A stretch of 64,000 nucleotides of DNA. Origin: a virus. Of the stretch, positions 8,949 to 18,712 are shown piece after piece (the stretch's first letter is position 1; every line of letters begins with the position of its first letter). The stretch spans positions 1 through 64,000 of IMG/VR virus record IMGVR_UViG_3300009506_000008, one strand, 5' to 3'. The position numbers were made by a program, and so were the translations under genes. Below the pieces are notes generated by a model. The model had not been told where the DNA came from. It saw only the letters and a program-made list of their open reading frames with translations, and made no database searches.

Positions 8949-9502
8949 GCTCTTCCTGCCAATCTCTCAATCACCCCGTATCGGGCCATGTGCAAGGCAT
9001 CGGCTTTTCCATTGTCTACCTTATACTGAAGGTCGATGTTTGGATAAAGTCGGCGGGCAAGTGCTAGGGAAAGTTCCTTGGTATCCACCTTCCCCCGACC
9101 TTTGTGGGAATCGAATGTAGCCTTCATCCATTTTCCTGGGGTAATCAAAACATACGGGACGTTGCAGAAAGCCAAAGCCATCCTCCACATCCCGTAGCCC
9201 TCTCCGAATGTGAACAAACCTTTCTTGGCGTCCCGAGGCATCGCACCGACTTTCTCCAGCACGCACAAGCGAATATCGTGATACTTGATTAGCTTCTGCA
9301 TCAGATCCCGCATCCCGTACTCGTCCTTGGGGGTACGGGATGCAGCCATGTCCTGGAAGTCGTGTCGCATGATGGCAATGCCCCCGGTCTTGCCGGGGTC
9401 GATGCCCATGCAGTACCAGCCGTCGGCCTTTCCCAAGACAGGTCTTTCCTCCGGTAACGCGAGCACGGACCTGACGAGAGGAGATTTCTTGGTACGGGCC
9501 AT
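8945..9502 (-). CDS. RuvC-like Holliday junction resolvase
   Basis: MGIDPGKTGG, VLEKV, FTFG and KADAL motifs. Confidence 0.85.
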   Translation of the reverse strand: MARTKKSPLVRSVLALPEERPVLGKADGWYCMGIDPGKTGGIAIMRHDFQDMAASRTPKDEYGMRDLMQKLIKYHDIRLCVLEKVGAMPRDAKKGLFTFGEGYGMWRMALAFCNVPYVLITPGKWMKATFDSHKGRGKVDTKELSLALARRLYPNIDLQYKVDNGKADALHMARYGVIERLAGRA

Positions 9503-9807
9503 TACATCCTCTCTTTGGTAGGAGGAACGTGGGTAGCGAGAGTGATCCCGCTACGTATTTGGGTTTGAACCTTCTCATACTCCTTAGCCAGCGGAGCATT
9601 GGAAGCTATGTGTTGGACAACGAGGTTCTGAGGAAAGATGATCTCTAGCCGGTCGTCCTGCCCTTTGGCGAATCCCTTGCCGGGAACGATGAACAGAGCA
9701 TCGTCCATGATGAGCCTTGTAGGATCCATCGACTTCACCCTGCCGATGATCTGCTGGGCTCCGGGGGGAATGGTCGCGATGATCAGTTTGCCTTCGAAGT
9801 CATTCAT
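9502..9807 (-). CDS. Hypothetical protein
   Basis: Coupled ORF; small beta-rich domain. Confidence 0.55.
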   Translation of the reverse strand: MNDFEGKLIIATIPPGAQQIIGRVKSMDPTRLIMDDALFIVPGKGFAKGQDDRLEIIFPQNLVVQHIASNAPLAKEYEKVQTQIRSGITLATHVPPTKERM

Positions 9808-10891
9808 ATCTACGTTTCCTCCTTAGTTTGAGGGATTCCTCGATCTCGGTCCACTTATTAGCCACTAGCCGCCTGAGCTTGCGTTCCAGGTTTTTGTCCT
9901 CGATGTACTCAATCAACTTCGCCCTGGATAGAGGGGAGCTGGAGATGCCGGGGCACCGGATAGACTGTTTGGTCTTCGTCCAGAACTTCTCTTTCACCAT
10001 CCAGTCGATCATGCTGCCGATGTCGTCAATGCCATAATCATAGTAGATCGAGAATTCCACGTTGCGTCGCTTGCCTGTGGTCTTGTTCTTCGACACCCTG
10101 GCTATGACATTCGCCCCGATGATCCTCTCCCTAGATTTGATCGGACCCTTCGACGCCAGCCAGATCACGTGCGTACAGTAGAACTCAAGAGCCTGTCCGC
10201 CACTCCGTTTCTTTTTCTGGAATGACATGGGGTCGATGTTGTCTCGGGTCTGGGAGATTATTGCCAGGAGGGATTCTGCCGAGGAGATTTTCTTGGTCAG
10301 AGTACGGAACAACTCTGACATCTTCTTGGCCTTCTCCATTTTGTAACTGCCCTTGGGCACCTTCCCTTCCGTGATAGCTTTGGCTTCTGTTTCCACTCGT
10401 TCCATCTCGTCCATAGAGGAGATGCTGTCCAACGAGTCGAGAACGTAGATGAAAGGCCGACCTCCCTGTACGGTTTGGTGAACATAGGCTTGCAAGTGTT
10501 CTACCGTCTCGGAGTAGATGGGTTCTTCATCTTCGTCATAGGCCGGTGCCTCGATCCGTTCGTCTGTCGCGGACCCGAACAGGTATTGCATATTGAAACT
10601 GTTGGCTGCCTCTGCATCATCGTAGATGAGCCGGTAGTCCTCCAGATCCTCCTTGTCCGAGTTGGCGATCTCCGCTAGCAGGGTCAAGGCCAGAATAGTC
10701 TTGCCGGTGTGGGAGTCCCCAACGATGTTGATAATCTTTCCCTTTGGAAATCCCCCGTAGGGCTTGTCGCACAGCGCCAAATTGAGTAACGTGGAACCGG
10801 TAGAGAAGAACCCTCTGAGATTGGGATCAGCCTTCTCCACCGGTTTGCGAGCTGATTTCTTGATGTCTTCTATCAACTTAGTCCTGCCCAT
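9800..10891 (-). CDS. RecA/UvsX-like recombinase
   Basis: STGSTLLNLAL, Walker A GDSHTGKT, VLDS, SQTR, SGGQAL, VSKNK. Confidence 0.9.
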   Translation of the reverse strand: MGRTKLIEDIKKSARKPVEKADPNLRGFFSTGSTLLNLALCDKPYGGFPKGKIINIVGDSHTGKTILALTLLAEIANSDKEDLEDYRLIYDDAEAANSFNMQYLFGSATDERIEAPAYDEDEEPIYSETVEHLQAYVHQTVQGGRPFIYVLDSLDSISSMDEMERVETEAKAITEGKVPKGSYKMEKAKKMSELFRTLTKKISSAESLLAIISQTRDNIDPMSFQKKKRSGGQALEFYCTHVIWLASKGPIKSRERIIGANVIARVSKNKTTGKRRNVEFSIYYDYGIDDIGSMIDWMVKEKFWTKTKQSIRCPGISSSPLSRAKLIEYIEDKNLERKLRRLVANKWTEIEESLKLRRKRRYE

Positions 10892-11180
10892 TGAAAAACC
10901 TTTCCCATTTGTAGCGGTCGATAAGCCATTCCCTGCCTAGCTTCCTTCCTAGCTTGTGCTGGATAGCCCATCTTCGTATGGTTTGCAGGCTTTTGTAGAC
11001 TCCCCTTTCTTTCAGGAACTTCTGAATATCCAATATGGTTATGTACTTGATCTTGTGAATAGCCTCGTCGATGGTGTCGTCATCGTCAAAGGAGACTCTT
11101 CTTCTGAAGTACCTACTTCTGGTAGGTCCCGGTGGTTGCTTCGTTGGATGCTTCATGCTTTTGGTTCTTTGTTTAGCCAC
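10878..11180 (-). CDS. Excisionase/MerR-type HTH DNA-binding protein
   Basis: SLQTIRRWA...GRKLGREWLI; GTG start with GAGG RBS. Confidence 0.65.
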   Translation of the reverse strand: MAKQRTKSMKHPTKQPPGPTRSRYFRRRVSFDDDDTIDEAIHKIKYITILDIQKFLKERGVYKSLQTIRRWAIQHKLGRKLGREWLIDRYKWERFFNGQD

Positions 11181-11241
11181 CGGAAACCTCCCAAAATGAG
11201 GAGGAGGGTTGCCCCTCCTCCCCGAGTTCTACATTGGATGA

Positions 11242-12492
11242 CTATTCTTCGTGGGCTTCGCTACACTCGTCCCACAGGTCACAGTCGTCGCACTCGTCCA
11301 GGGTGTCGCAGTCCTCGCCGAACGTGCCACCATGCGGACATTTGTTCTTGGACTTCTTGCCCTTCTTGCGTTTCTTGGGAGGAGGTGTTTCGTCCTCATC
11401 CTCATCGTCATCTTCTTCGGGCTCGGGTGCTTTCTTCTTGGGTTTGCGTTTCTTGGGAGGAGGCGCTTCGTCCTCGTCTTCATCCTCCTCTTCATCTTCA
11501 TCTTCGTCCTCATCCTCCTCTTCTTCAGGAGGCGGGGCCTTCTTCTTGGGCTTGGACTTCTTCTTGGGAGGAGGCGTTTCTTCATCCTCATCCTCATCCT
11601 CATCGTCGTCTTCCTCGCCCTCGTCTTCATCTTCATCTTCTTCGGGCTCGGGTTTGCGACGTTTGGACTTGGGTTTCCGACGGCGCGGGGTTTCTTCCTC
11701 ATCCTCCTCGCCCTCGTCTTCATCCTCGTCCTCTTCATCCTTGCCGTTTTCCCCGGTATCCTGCTCCAGGTAGATCGCATTCAGCTTGTCGTAGGAATGA
11801 CGGATCGGCAAGGAGTCGAGGTCGATCTCAGCCGCTTTCTCCAGCAACTCTTCGTCCAGAGGCTCTCCCCTGGGTACGAACTCGATCTTGCTGGCGGTGT
11901 AAAACTTGTTGCCCGCCCAAGTATCCTCTTTGAACCGGACCTTGAGGCTGGCACCGTTTTCGGAGGGATCACCGGGAAACGGATCGCTCTCGTCAGAGTC
12001 CTCGATCTCTTCGTCAAACGACTTCCCGAAGAGATGACAGGATATGTCCCAGAGCTTGAGTTCGCCGGACTTGGGATCCTCGACCAGGTACAGTTCCCGG
12101 TCGGAGGCTTTCATCGCCTTCGTCAGATCGTGATCCCACCCGTACTCCTTCTTCAGCACTCCGTACTGTTCGCAATACGGACACCGTTTGCCCCACGTCT
12201 TGAGACAGACGTAGGCTTGCTCCTCAGCGCCGATGTTGCGGTGGACGGAGAACTTGGTGCGGAACCACTCTTCGCCCGGTTCGCACCCCTCTGGATGCGT
12301 CTCGGTTTTGACCACGTACGGGACCAGGTTGAAGGTGATTGTACCGGACTTCTCGATCTTGAACAGTTCCAATCCTTTGGGAAGATTGAGGGTGGTTAAA
12401 CCACCCTTCTTGTCCTTGCGTTCCTTGACGCGCTCTTTGGCCTTCTTGCGCATCGCGGCCCAACGGCTAGTTCCCTTTCGCTTCTTTGCCAT
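11242..12492 (-). CDS. gp32-like single-stranded DNA-binding protein with long D/E and K/P block tail and Cys-rich C-terminus
   Basis: VH...YVCLKTWGKRCPYCE zinc site; lies between the UvsY-like gene and RecA; acidic tail. Confidence 0.7.
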   Translation of the reverse strand: MAKKRKGTSRWAAMRKKAKERVKERKDKKGGLTTLNLPKGLELFKIEKSGTITFNLVPYVVKTETHPEGCEPGEEWFRTKFSVHRNIGAEEQAYVCLKTWGKRCPYCEQYGVLKKEYGWDHDLTKAMKASDRELYLVEDPKSGELKLWDISCHLFGKSFDEEIEDSDESDPFPGDPSENGASLKVRFKEDTWAGNKFYTASKIEFVPRGEPLDEELLEKAAEIDLDSLPIRHSYDKLNAIYLEQDTGENGKDEEDEDEDEGEEDEEETPRRRKPKSKRRKPEPEEDEDEDEGEEDDDEDEDEDEETPPPKKKSKPKKKAPPPEEEEDEDEDEDEEEDEDEDEAPPPKKRKPKKKAPEPEEDDDEDEDETPPPKKRKKGKKSKNKCPHGGTFGEDCDTLDECDDCDLWDECSEAHEE

Positions 12493-12603
12493 TGCTTCTC
12501 CTTTCATGCTCTTCTTTGGAGCGGTAGTATGCTGCCGTCGCCAGACGGACAGCTAGGTAAACGCCAAGTAATCCCAGAAGGGACACCACAACGATTTTCC
12601 ATG

Positions 12604-13113
12604 TCATTTCGTTCTCCTGCGTGTCCTTGCCTCCCTCATCTTAGTGCGAGCCTTTGAAGCTACCCGTTTTCCCTTCGCCTCAGCGATGAAATCGGGAGTG
12701 AGTTCCCGTGGGGTGGACGGGCCTGCAAAGTACGAGGCTCCGTGAAGTCGCACTAGGTTTTCCAGCGCCACCTTTCGTTGCTCGAATGCCTTGACGGCAG
12801 CACTGAGTATCGCGCTCTCGTGCTTGACATCATTGTAATCCGACAGAGCTTGTTGGTACCGGGGATCTTGCATAACCATACCGAGGATGGCTGCTTCTGT
12901 TGGTTTCTTGTCTCCTTTCTTGGTCTTCTGACGGATGTCAGAATCCACTTCGGCTTTCGTTACTTCCAACAGTTCCTTTGCTTTGTCAACCTCCCGTGCT
13001 GCCTCAGCCGACGCTTCCGCATACCGCATGAAGACGGACGCCTGCTCCAGCCATTCGATGTCCAACGCATTGGGATCAATCCTCAAGTCTTTCTCGTAAT
13101 TCAGTTCCGACAT
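12604..13113 (-). CDS. UvsY-like recombination mediator
   Basis: LRIDPNALDIEWLEQ, helical, KPTEAAI, AFEQRK; recombination cluster context. Confidence 0.6.
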   Translation of the reverse strand: MSELNYEKDLRIDPNALDIEWLEQASVFMRYAEASAEAAREVDKAKELLEVTKAEVDSDIRQKTKKGDKKPTEAAILGMVMQDPRYQQALSDYNDVKHESAILSAAVKAFEQRKVALENLVRLHGASYFAGPSTPRELTPDFIAEAKGKRVASKARTKMREARTRRRTK

Positions 13114-13153
13114 GGCAGTCCTCCTTCATGATACGCGGCGCAAGTGACACGGG

Positions 13154-13194
13154 ATTATACACAGGATTGTGGGATGGTACGGAGGAAAAAGTGC
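13154..13194 (-). promoter_or_regulatory. Extended -10 promoter (TGTGTATAAT) with upstream GCACTTTTTCC box
   Basis: Intergenic, upstream of the UvsY-like gene; similar layout at 28775-28816. Confidence 0.6.
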
Positions 13195-14108
13195 TACCCG
13201 TTGACAGCCCTGTATGATGCGAGTACCAAACCCGCGTACCCGGTGTTGAAAAGAGGTTCCTCGAATGCTTCCATGACCATGTACGCTCGGGAGTTGTTCG
13301 ACTTGACAAGAATCGAGGCGAAGTATCCCAACACCATCCTGCGTGCCCCCTCCGGGTCCTGTTCCTTGAGTCCTTGGAGAATAGTACCGATCTCTTTCCA
13401 ATCCTTCCCGGCGATCAGAGCCCGGCACAAGTCTATGACTTGGTTCTCCTCGGATGCTGCTGACTCGATCATCTTCTCCATCTTTTCCGGGTCTAGGTCG
13501 ATGACCTTGTCGAGCATTACGAGAGCGGCCCGTGGAGAGCCGAGAGCATCGGTGGCTAGGCGATTCAACGCCCCTTTCGGGATCTTCTTACCCTCGGCCT
13601 CGCACACGCGCTTGATAAGTCTCTTCAGCGTTATGTCGGATTGCTCTGCTACCTGGAACGGCATACACCGAGAACGGATAGTTGGGAGTAGCTTGACGGG
13701 TTCCGTTGTACACAGCATGAAGTATGCGTGCCTCGGGGCATCCTCCAGAATCTTGAGTAAAGCGTTCTGAGCTTCCCGAGTCAGCATGTGCGCTTCGTCC
13801 ATGATCCAGACTCGAACGTCCCCGTCCATAGGGCGGAGCCTTGCCTGGCGACGGATCTCCCTGACGGTGTCGATCCCTCGGTAATCGCCGATGTCAACCT
13901 CTCTCAGGTCTTTGTCCCCGCAGTTGAGTTCCGCTGCGAGGATGCGAGCCAGGGTAGTCTTCCCGCATCCAGACGGACCCGAGAAGAGGAACGAGTGAGG
14001 AATCTCCTCCATGTCCCGTTCTGTGAGGGATCTGAGTGAATCGACGGTGCCCTTGTTTCCAATGACATCATCGAGTTCTTGGGGACGGTACTTCAGAGCA
14101 AGAGACAT
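13194..14108 (-). CDS. dnaX: DNA polymerase III gamma/tau-like clamp loader
   Basis: LALKYRPQ, GPSGCGKTT, DEAHML, AQNALLKILE, TIRSRC, GSPR. Confidence 0.9.
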   Translation of the reverse strand: MSLALKYRPQELDDVIGNKGTVDSLRSLTERDMEEIPHSFLFSGPSGCGKTTLARILAAELNCGDKDLREVDIGDYRGIDTVREIRRQARLRPMDGDVRVWIMDEAHMLTREAQNALLKILEDAPRHAYFMLCTTEPVKLLPTIRSRCMPFQVAEQSDITLKRLIKRVCEAEGKKIPKGALNRLATDALGSPRAALVMLDKVIDLDPEKMEKMIESAASEENQVIDLCRALIAGKDWKEIGTILQGLKEQDPEGARRMVLGYFASILVKSNNSRAYMVMEAFEEPLFNTGYAGLVLASYRAVNG

Positions 14109-14362
14109 CAGTCCTCTCCTTTCACCATTTCAGGTTTGTTCACATCCAACAGTTGCGGTTGGAGGGGGTGGTCAAACGTTAGAACCTGATGCCACACTTT
14201 CCCGGTAAGCAGCACCTTGAAACGTTCTTTCCACGACAGTCCCCAACAGAATGCAATGCGGCCTTGAGGATCGTTTGGGAACTTGTGCGCCGGGAGAGGT
14301 CTGTACTCTGGTTGGTTCTCGGCATACACGACAGTCTGTTCAGGAAACTCCATCAGGTCCAT
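14108..14362 (-). CDS. Conserved phage hypothetical protein
   Basis: YAENQPEYRPLP and LTFDHPLQP motifs. Confidence 0.65.
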   Translation of the reverse strand: MDLMEFPEQTVVYAENQPEYRPLPAHKFPNDPQGRIAFCWGLSWKERFKVLLTGKVWHQVLTFDHPLQPQLLDVNKPEMVKGED

Positions 14363-14565
14363 CAGTCCTCCTCCTCTCCTATAATGAGACCTATCGTTAG
14401 TCTGAGCGGGAACACGTTATCGCAACTTGGACAATGGAAGATTATCAAATCCCGTGTTTCGCTGTCTAGGTTCCATTCTACGTGGAATGTGTTGCACCCG
14501 CACTCACAGACCACGTGCGTGTAGTTCAACCCTCCCCCCGGATCGAGTCTGATTATATCTCCCAC
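14362..14565 (-). CDS. Small zinc-ribbon protein
   Basis: CECGC...CPSC. Confidence 0.55.
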   Translation of the reverse strand: MGDIIRLDPGGGLNYTHVVCECGCNTFHVEWNLDSETRDLIIFHCPSCDNVFPLRLTIGLIIGEEED

Positions 14566-15260
14566 TATTCCATCCCCTTTGCATGTTTGGCGTAGACGGT
14601 GCTGAACACTTCTGGTAGGTAATCAAACAACTCATACAGCAACGGCAGCATGAGCTCTCTGATCTGTGGATGCGCCGACGGGGCACACCGGAGGTTGAGG
14701 ACGTGTCGCCACTCCCGTAGATTCGCCGTCATGACGATGTCTGTCTTGAGAGAGTTGGGAAGAACCGTTCGCGCCTGTTGCGGAGACCAAGCCGGGTCAC
14801 CGTCATCTCCCTGCGTTCTCATGTCTTTGTATGCCTCTTCTATGTACCTCATGGTCGCAATCCAAGCTAGTTCGTTACGGAGCACTCCCTTGAGACCGGG
14901 AGTATTGTACCATTCAGCCGGATGCTTGAACCACACGGGACGGATGAAGACCATGTCTTCCCCACCGTAATCACAGTATCGGGTGGACTCTTGGGAGTAG
15001 GCAGCAAGACGATGCCGAACCAGTTCGTGTGTGACGCCTCGGTCTGTAATGAAACGGACAGTGATGCTCCCGTGCTCGATCACTGACTCGTGCCCCCGCT
15101 TGACGATGTTGTAGACAAACTTGGCCGGATCTCCCTCGGGGTCAGATTGGTAACACGTTCGCCCGGCTTCCTCTACCAACTCTCGCATTGCTTGCCAGGG
15201 ATCGACAAGCTCGTTGGGCTCCGGCCAAATGATTCTGTGGGATTGTTCCGTGACGATCAT
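14565..15260 (-). CDS. thyX: FAD-dependent thymidylate synthase
   Basis: GHESVIEH, THELVRHRLAAYSQESTRY, ARTVLPN, ANLREWRH, LR. Confidence 0.95.
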   Translation of the reverse strand: MIVTEQSHRIIWPEPNELVDPWQAMRELVEEAGRTCYQSDPEGDPAKFVYNIVKRGHESVIEHGSITVRFITDRGVTHELVRHRLAAYSQESTRYCDYGGEDMVFIRPVWFKHPAEWYNTPGLKGVLRNELAWIATMRYIEEAYKDMRTQGDDGDPAWSPQQARTVLPNSLKTDIVMTANLREWRHVLNLRCAPSAHPQIRELMLPLLYELFDYLPEVFSTVYAKHAKGME

Positions 15261-15463
15261 GATTCCCTCCTTATGTCGGTTTCAGTGCGACGTTCTTCAT
15301 GCCAGTGACCAAAGAAGTACACGGCACCACAGGTATTGCACTTTTCAGGCGACCAAGATCCGCCGGTCCAGGTGTCTTTGCTATGACAGATGCCACATTC
15401 CTGCGTATTATCAGTTTCGACGCTACGTGGTCTTATTGGTTTGCGAAGCGTGCATGTTATCAT
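15257..15463 (-). CDS. Small zinc-ribbon protein
   Basis: CGIC...CNTC. Confidence 0.5.
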   Translation of the reverse strand: MITCTLRKPIRPRSVETDNTQECGICHSKDTWTGGSWSPEKCNTCGAVYFFGHWHEERRTETDIRRES

Positions 15464-15803
15464 CTTGTGCCTCCCAATGTCTGTTCGGATGATCCCCTAC
15501 CCGGAACTCTTTCATACATAGATTGGCAGCATCTACAAGGTGTTCCATGTTGCCTGTCTTTTGGTACTCGCTGAGCCGGTCGATTGCCGATTGTACATTA
15601 TCAAAGCCGTTGAATCCTACCGCTTCGTGTTCTGCGAAGGTGCCGTATCGGAAGGCTCCCATGATAAGACGGTTGCGCATTAACTGTTCAAATTCATAGC
15701 ACCATTCTGTCTGGACTAATTCTTCGTAGGGCGGCATTCGTCTCGGAGGATCACCTAGCCCGAGTCTCTGGAGAATGTGTTGCCTGATGGCGTCGTGCGT
15801 CAT
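15423..15803 (-). CDS. Putative all-alpha NTP pyrophosphohydrolase-like protein
   Basis: MGAFRYG...EHLVDAAN helical motif; nucleotide-metabolism context. Confidence 0.4.
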   Translation of the reverse strand: MTHDAIRQHILQRLGLGDPPRRMPPYEELVQTEWCYEFEQLMRNRLIMGAFRYGTFAEHEAVGFNGFDNVQSAIDRLSEYQKTGNMEHLVDAANLCMKEFRVGDHPNRHWEAQDDNMHASQTNKTT

Positions 15804-15973
15804 TGTTTGCTTTCCTTCCTCCATCTATTCATTACTTTATCTTCACATTCTTTGGAACAGAAACACGGCTCCGTTGGTAATCCTCTACAGTTACAGTCGA
15901 GCCCAGAACAGCAATACTCTGGTACGTAATCAGGGACTTCCTTCCCACAACCTTCGCATTTCCATTTACTCAT
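15800..15973 (-). CDS. 57-aa Cys-rich protein (not in the ORF track)
   Basis: MSKWKCEGCGKEVPDYVPEYCCSGLDCNCRGLPTEPCFCSKECEDKVMNRWRKESKQ; fills the intergenic gap and its stop overlaps the next ATG. Confidence 0.65.
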   Translation of the reverse strand: MSKWKCEGCGKEVPDYVPEYCCSGLDCNCRGLPTEPCFCSKECEDKVMNRWRKESKQ

Positions 15974-15982
15974 CACGCTTCC

Positions 15983-16465
15983 TCACGGTCGTCGTTCTGT
16001 TGTCTTCGCTATGAGGTCTTGTGTCACCTCGTTGTGATTCCATGCCGCCCAAGCTATAGGGATCCACCAACGCAGATTGTCACAGCATCCGGTGAATTTG
16101 GTTCCGTAGAGTTCGTCCATAGAGAACCATCTCAGTTGTTCCCCGGCATCATTGGTGAACGGTACGAGAGCCACTGTAGATCTGGACGACATGACTCCAG
16201 AAAACATGGTACACACATTCTCGGAACCGTCAGACTTGGCAATGTGTATCGAACCGATATGGCGCATGGCGTAGTGTGTGCCAGCATGTACTCTCACTTC
16301 TTCTGTGACTTCCCTGAGTATGCAGGCTGTAGGTGTTTCACCCTTTTCTGTCTTTCCTCCGATGCCGTTCCAAAATCCCTTCACTCCCTCCGGTCCGCTG
16401 GTTTTTTCGACAAGTAACACGTCTTCAAAGTCTGGCGAGAACAGAAAGGCCACTGTCCATTTCAT
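15983..16465 (-). CDS. NUDIX hydrolase
   Basis: Nudix box GGKTEKGETPTACILREVTEEV. Confidence 0.85.
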   Translation of the reverse strand: MKWTVAFLFSPDFEDVLLVEKTSGPEGVKGFWNGIGGKTEKGETPTACILREVTEEVRVHAGTHYAMRHIGSIHIAKSDGSENVCTMFSGVMSSRSTVALVPFTNDAGEQLRWFSMDELYGTKFTGCCDNLRWWIPIAWAAWNHNEVTQDLIAKTTERRP

Positions 16466-16467
16466 GT

Positions 16468-16911
16468 CTATTTCCCCGTGCTTCCGAACCCATTGGTTCC
16501 TCTGTCCGTTTCGGGAAGATATGGAGCGGCGCGGATCTCGGTTGGCATAAAGCATGGGAAGATGCCCAACTGCGCGATCCGTTCCGTTGCTTCGAACTTG
16601 AACGGAATCCCTTCCTTGTTGAAGTTGTGGAGGAGCACATGAACTTCCCCTCGGTAGTCGGAGTCGATGACACCGGCTCCAACCTCGATACCGCTCTTGA
16701 CAGCAAGGCCGGATCGAGCCTTGATAATGCCTACGTACCCCGGAGGAATCTCCACAGCCAAACCTGTGCGGACCACCGATCGTTCCAGCGGCCAGACAGA
16801 TCCTGGTTCTAGTGCATGAAGATCCAATCCCGCCGCTCCCTCTGAGTGGTAGGTGGGGACCTTGGCCCTACTGTCAAGCATCTTCACATACAGGGTGGAC
16901 TTTTTTCTCAT
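16468..16911 (-). CDS. dut: Trimeric dUTPase
   Basis: AAGLDL, ARSGLA, GVIDSDYRGE, RIAQL, RGTNGFGSTG. Confidence 0.95.
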   Translation of the reverse strand: MRKKSTLYVKMLDSRAKVPTYHSEGAAGLDLHALEPGSVWPLERSVVRTGLAVEIPPGYVGIIKARSGLAVKSGIEVGAGVIDSDYRGEVHVLLHNFNKEGIPFKFEATERIAQLGIFPCFMPTEIRAAPYLPETDRGTNGFGSTGK

Positions 16912-17113
16912 CGGACTTCTCCAATTTCTCTATCTGTTGAATGTACATGACCCCTTTGTGTTTGACTACCGTTATCGCGACTGATATGTCTCCCGGAGAT
17001 GAGGCTGGATCCGTGTGGACTTCCCACTTTCCCCGGAGTTTTACCCACCACCGCTTGTGAATAGGCAGATTATGCAGCCAGTTTGAAAGATTCTTTTTCA
17101 TGCCAGCTTCCAT
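16874..17113 (-). CDS. Hypothetical protein
   Basis: Fills the gap between the polymerase and dUTPase genes. Confidence 0.45.
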   Translation of the reverse strand: MEAGMKKNLSNWLHNLPIHKRWWVKLRGKWEVHTDPASSPGDISVAITVVKHKGVMYIQQIEKLEKSDEKKVHPVCEDA

Positions 17114-18455
17114 CTACGGGTGCGAGGTCGGCTTCGACTTCAAGCGGAGTAACGATCCAGTCCCAATGTTTTCGGAGTCGGACAGTAGTTATATCGACAA
17201 TCAGCTTGGACAGCAAGGGAATTTCTTCTTCCACTACGTCCAAGACAATCGAGTCGTGGATCTGTCCGATGATGACAGACTTCATGTTCCTTTCTTTCAT
17301 CTCTCTGTGTAGCTCTGTCAGGCTCCACAGGAGACAATGGAACGCGGCACCTTGAACCGGGTAGTTAATGACTTGGTTCTTCTGCATGAATCCCGAGCAT
17401 CGAAACCCGGTGAAGGTGTCAAAGAACCCTCGCAGCTCATACGCTTTGTACCAATCTTCCTTCCACTGCGTGTAGACCGGGAACCGTACATTCCAGAAAC
17501 CGTTCTCAACTCCTTTGACGTGCTTCTCGAACGCTCCATAGTCTATAACGCCCTTCGATGCTAGATGTTCCCTGAGAGGCACACCATCTGCCGTTTCGAG
17601 GTTGGAGACGGCTATCTCGTTCCATAGTGCCCTCGCACACGAAGCGTAGTAGTCTCCATAGAATTCAGGGAACACGAACTTGTTCTTGGCTGCGTGTCGG
17701 ACAGGTTTCATGACCTGTCGCAGCTTCAGGAAGAACAACTCCATGGCCGTGTCCCGGTGCATGTCAGACTTGGGATCGTTGATGTATTCCAGCATCGTTG
17801 GATCGAGATGGTAGCAAGCGGCAATCCTGACCTCGATACCGGAGTAGTCAACTTCCAATATGCGGCGACCGGGACGGGGAATGAACGCGGATCTGACTAG
17901 CTTTCCGATGGCGGGATCTCGTACGGGGATGTTCTGGAAGTTGGGATCTGAGGAAGATCCCCGGTAGGTTTGCACTGTGTGAAGATGGAAGAAAGGTCTG
18001 AGCAATCCGTCTTCGTTGGTCTCTCGTATGATCCCTTTGATGTACGTGTCTCGGGCCTTCTTCCACTTCTTGTAGTCCAGAACATATTGGAGCTCGGGGA
18101 TCTCTGGAATAAAGGCATCCAGAGCTTCTGCGTTGACCTGTCCTTTTCCGGTGTCCGTTGTGGACGGAGGATTCAGTCCTAGTTCATCGTAGAGGATGGT
18201 TGCTAGCTGTGAATCGGCGCCCAGCTTTGTGTTGCGCCGGTGAACTTTTCTCCAGAGAGCCCCGAACTCCGAGTCATCCAGCTTCTGTAGGGAATGGTCC
18301 ATGCGTTTGCCAAGACGCTTGAATTGCCTGCGGCAGTAGTCCAAGTCCACACGCATACCGGTTTGTTCGATATCAGCCAGAGCTAGCGTAGCTTTGTGAA
18401 GGAACCGGTAGCCTTCACTTGTTATCGGTTGGATTTCGAACGCAGCTTCACCCAT
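17070..18455 (-). CDS. Family A DNA polymerase, polymerase domain only
   Basis: SSSDPNFQNIP, motif A VDYSGIEVR, motif B RHAAKNKFVFPEFYG, NYPVQG, motif C QIHDS. Confidence 0.9.
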   Translation of the reverse strand: MGEAAFEIQPITSEGYRFLHKATLALADIEQTGMRVDLDYCRRQFKRLGKRMDHSLQKLDDSEFGALWRKVHRRNTKLGADSQLATILYDELGLNPPSTTDTGKGQVNAEALDAFIPEIPELQYVLDYKKWKKARDTYIKGIIRETNEDGLLRPFFHLHTVQTYRGSSSDPNFQNIPVRDPAIGKLVRSAFIPRPGRRILEVDYSGIEVRIAACYHLDPTMLEYINDPKSDMHRDTAMELFFLKLRQVMKPVRHAAKNKFVFPEFYGDYYASCARALWNEIAVSNLETADGVPLREHLASKGVIDYGAFEKHVKGVENGFWNVRFPVYTQWKEDWYKAYELRGFFDTFTGFRCSGFMQKNQVINYPVQGAAFHCLLWSLTELHREMKERNMKSVIIGQIHDSIVLDVVEEEIPLLSKLIVDITTVRLRKHWDWIVTPLEVEADLAPVDGSWHEKESFKLAA

Positions 18456-18712
18456 CGTTTCCTCCGTGGGCTCCATCTGAAAGGTTTGTCCACGTAGCGT
18501 TTACCGTGGTATCTGTAAATGAAGAACTTCTCGTTGCCCTTTAACCAATCAGAAGGCCACTCCTCCGATGGGGTACTTTTCCTTTGGGCTTGGGAAAGCG
18601 TGTACGTCTTGGAGAGGTACGTTGCGGCTCCACGTCGGAACCCGATGTGGTAGTAGTATGGCGGGGAGGTACCACCACCTTTCCTTTCTCCTGGCCTAAT
18701 AGTCCGACCCAT
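18422..18712 (-). CDS. Small protein ending in an RWSxxRxxW motif
   Basis: AAGGAGG RBS; MGRTIRP...FRWSPRRKRW. Confidence 0.6.
   Translation of the reverse strand: MGRTIRPGERKGGGTSPPYYYHIGFRRGAATYLSKTYTLSQAQRKSTPSEEWPSDWLKGNEKFFIYRYHGKRYVDKPFRWSPRRKRWVKLRSKSNR

Noticed and set aside
11380-11740. Repetitive tcctcatcctcgtc tracts as a possible CRISPR array or tandem repeat
   Set aside because: No constant repeat-spacer period; they encode poly-D/E
10956-12399. Long + strand ORFs (poly-Ser, Leu/Phe-rich or His/Pro-rich) opposite the SSB gene
   Set aside because: Antisense shadows of the GAR/GAY/AAG low-complexity codons; no RBS and no plausible fold
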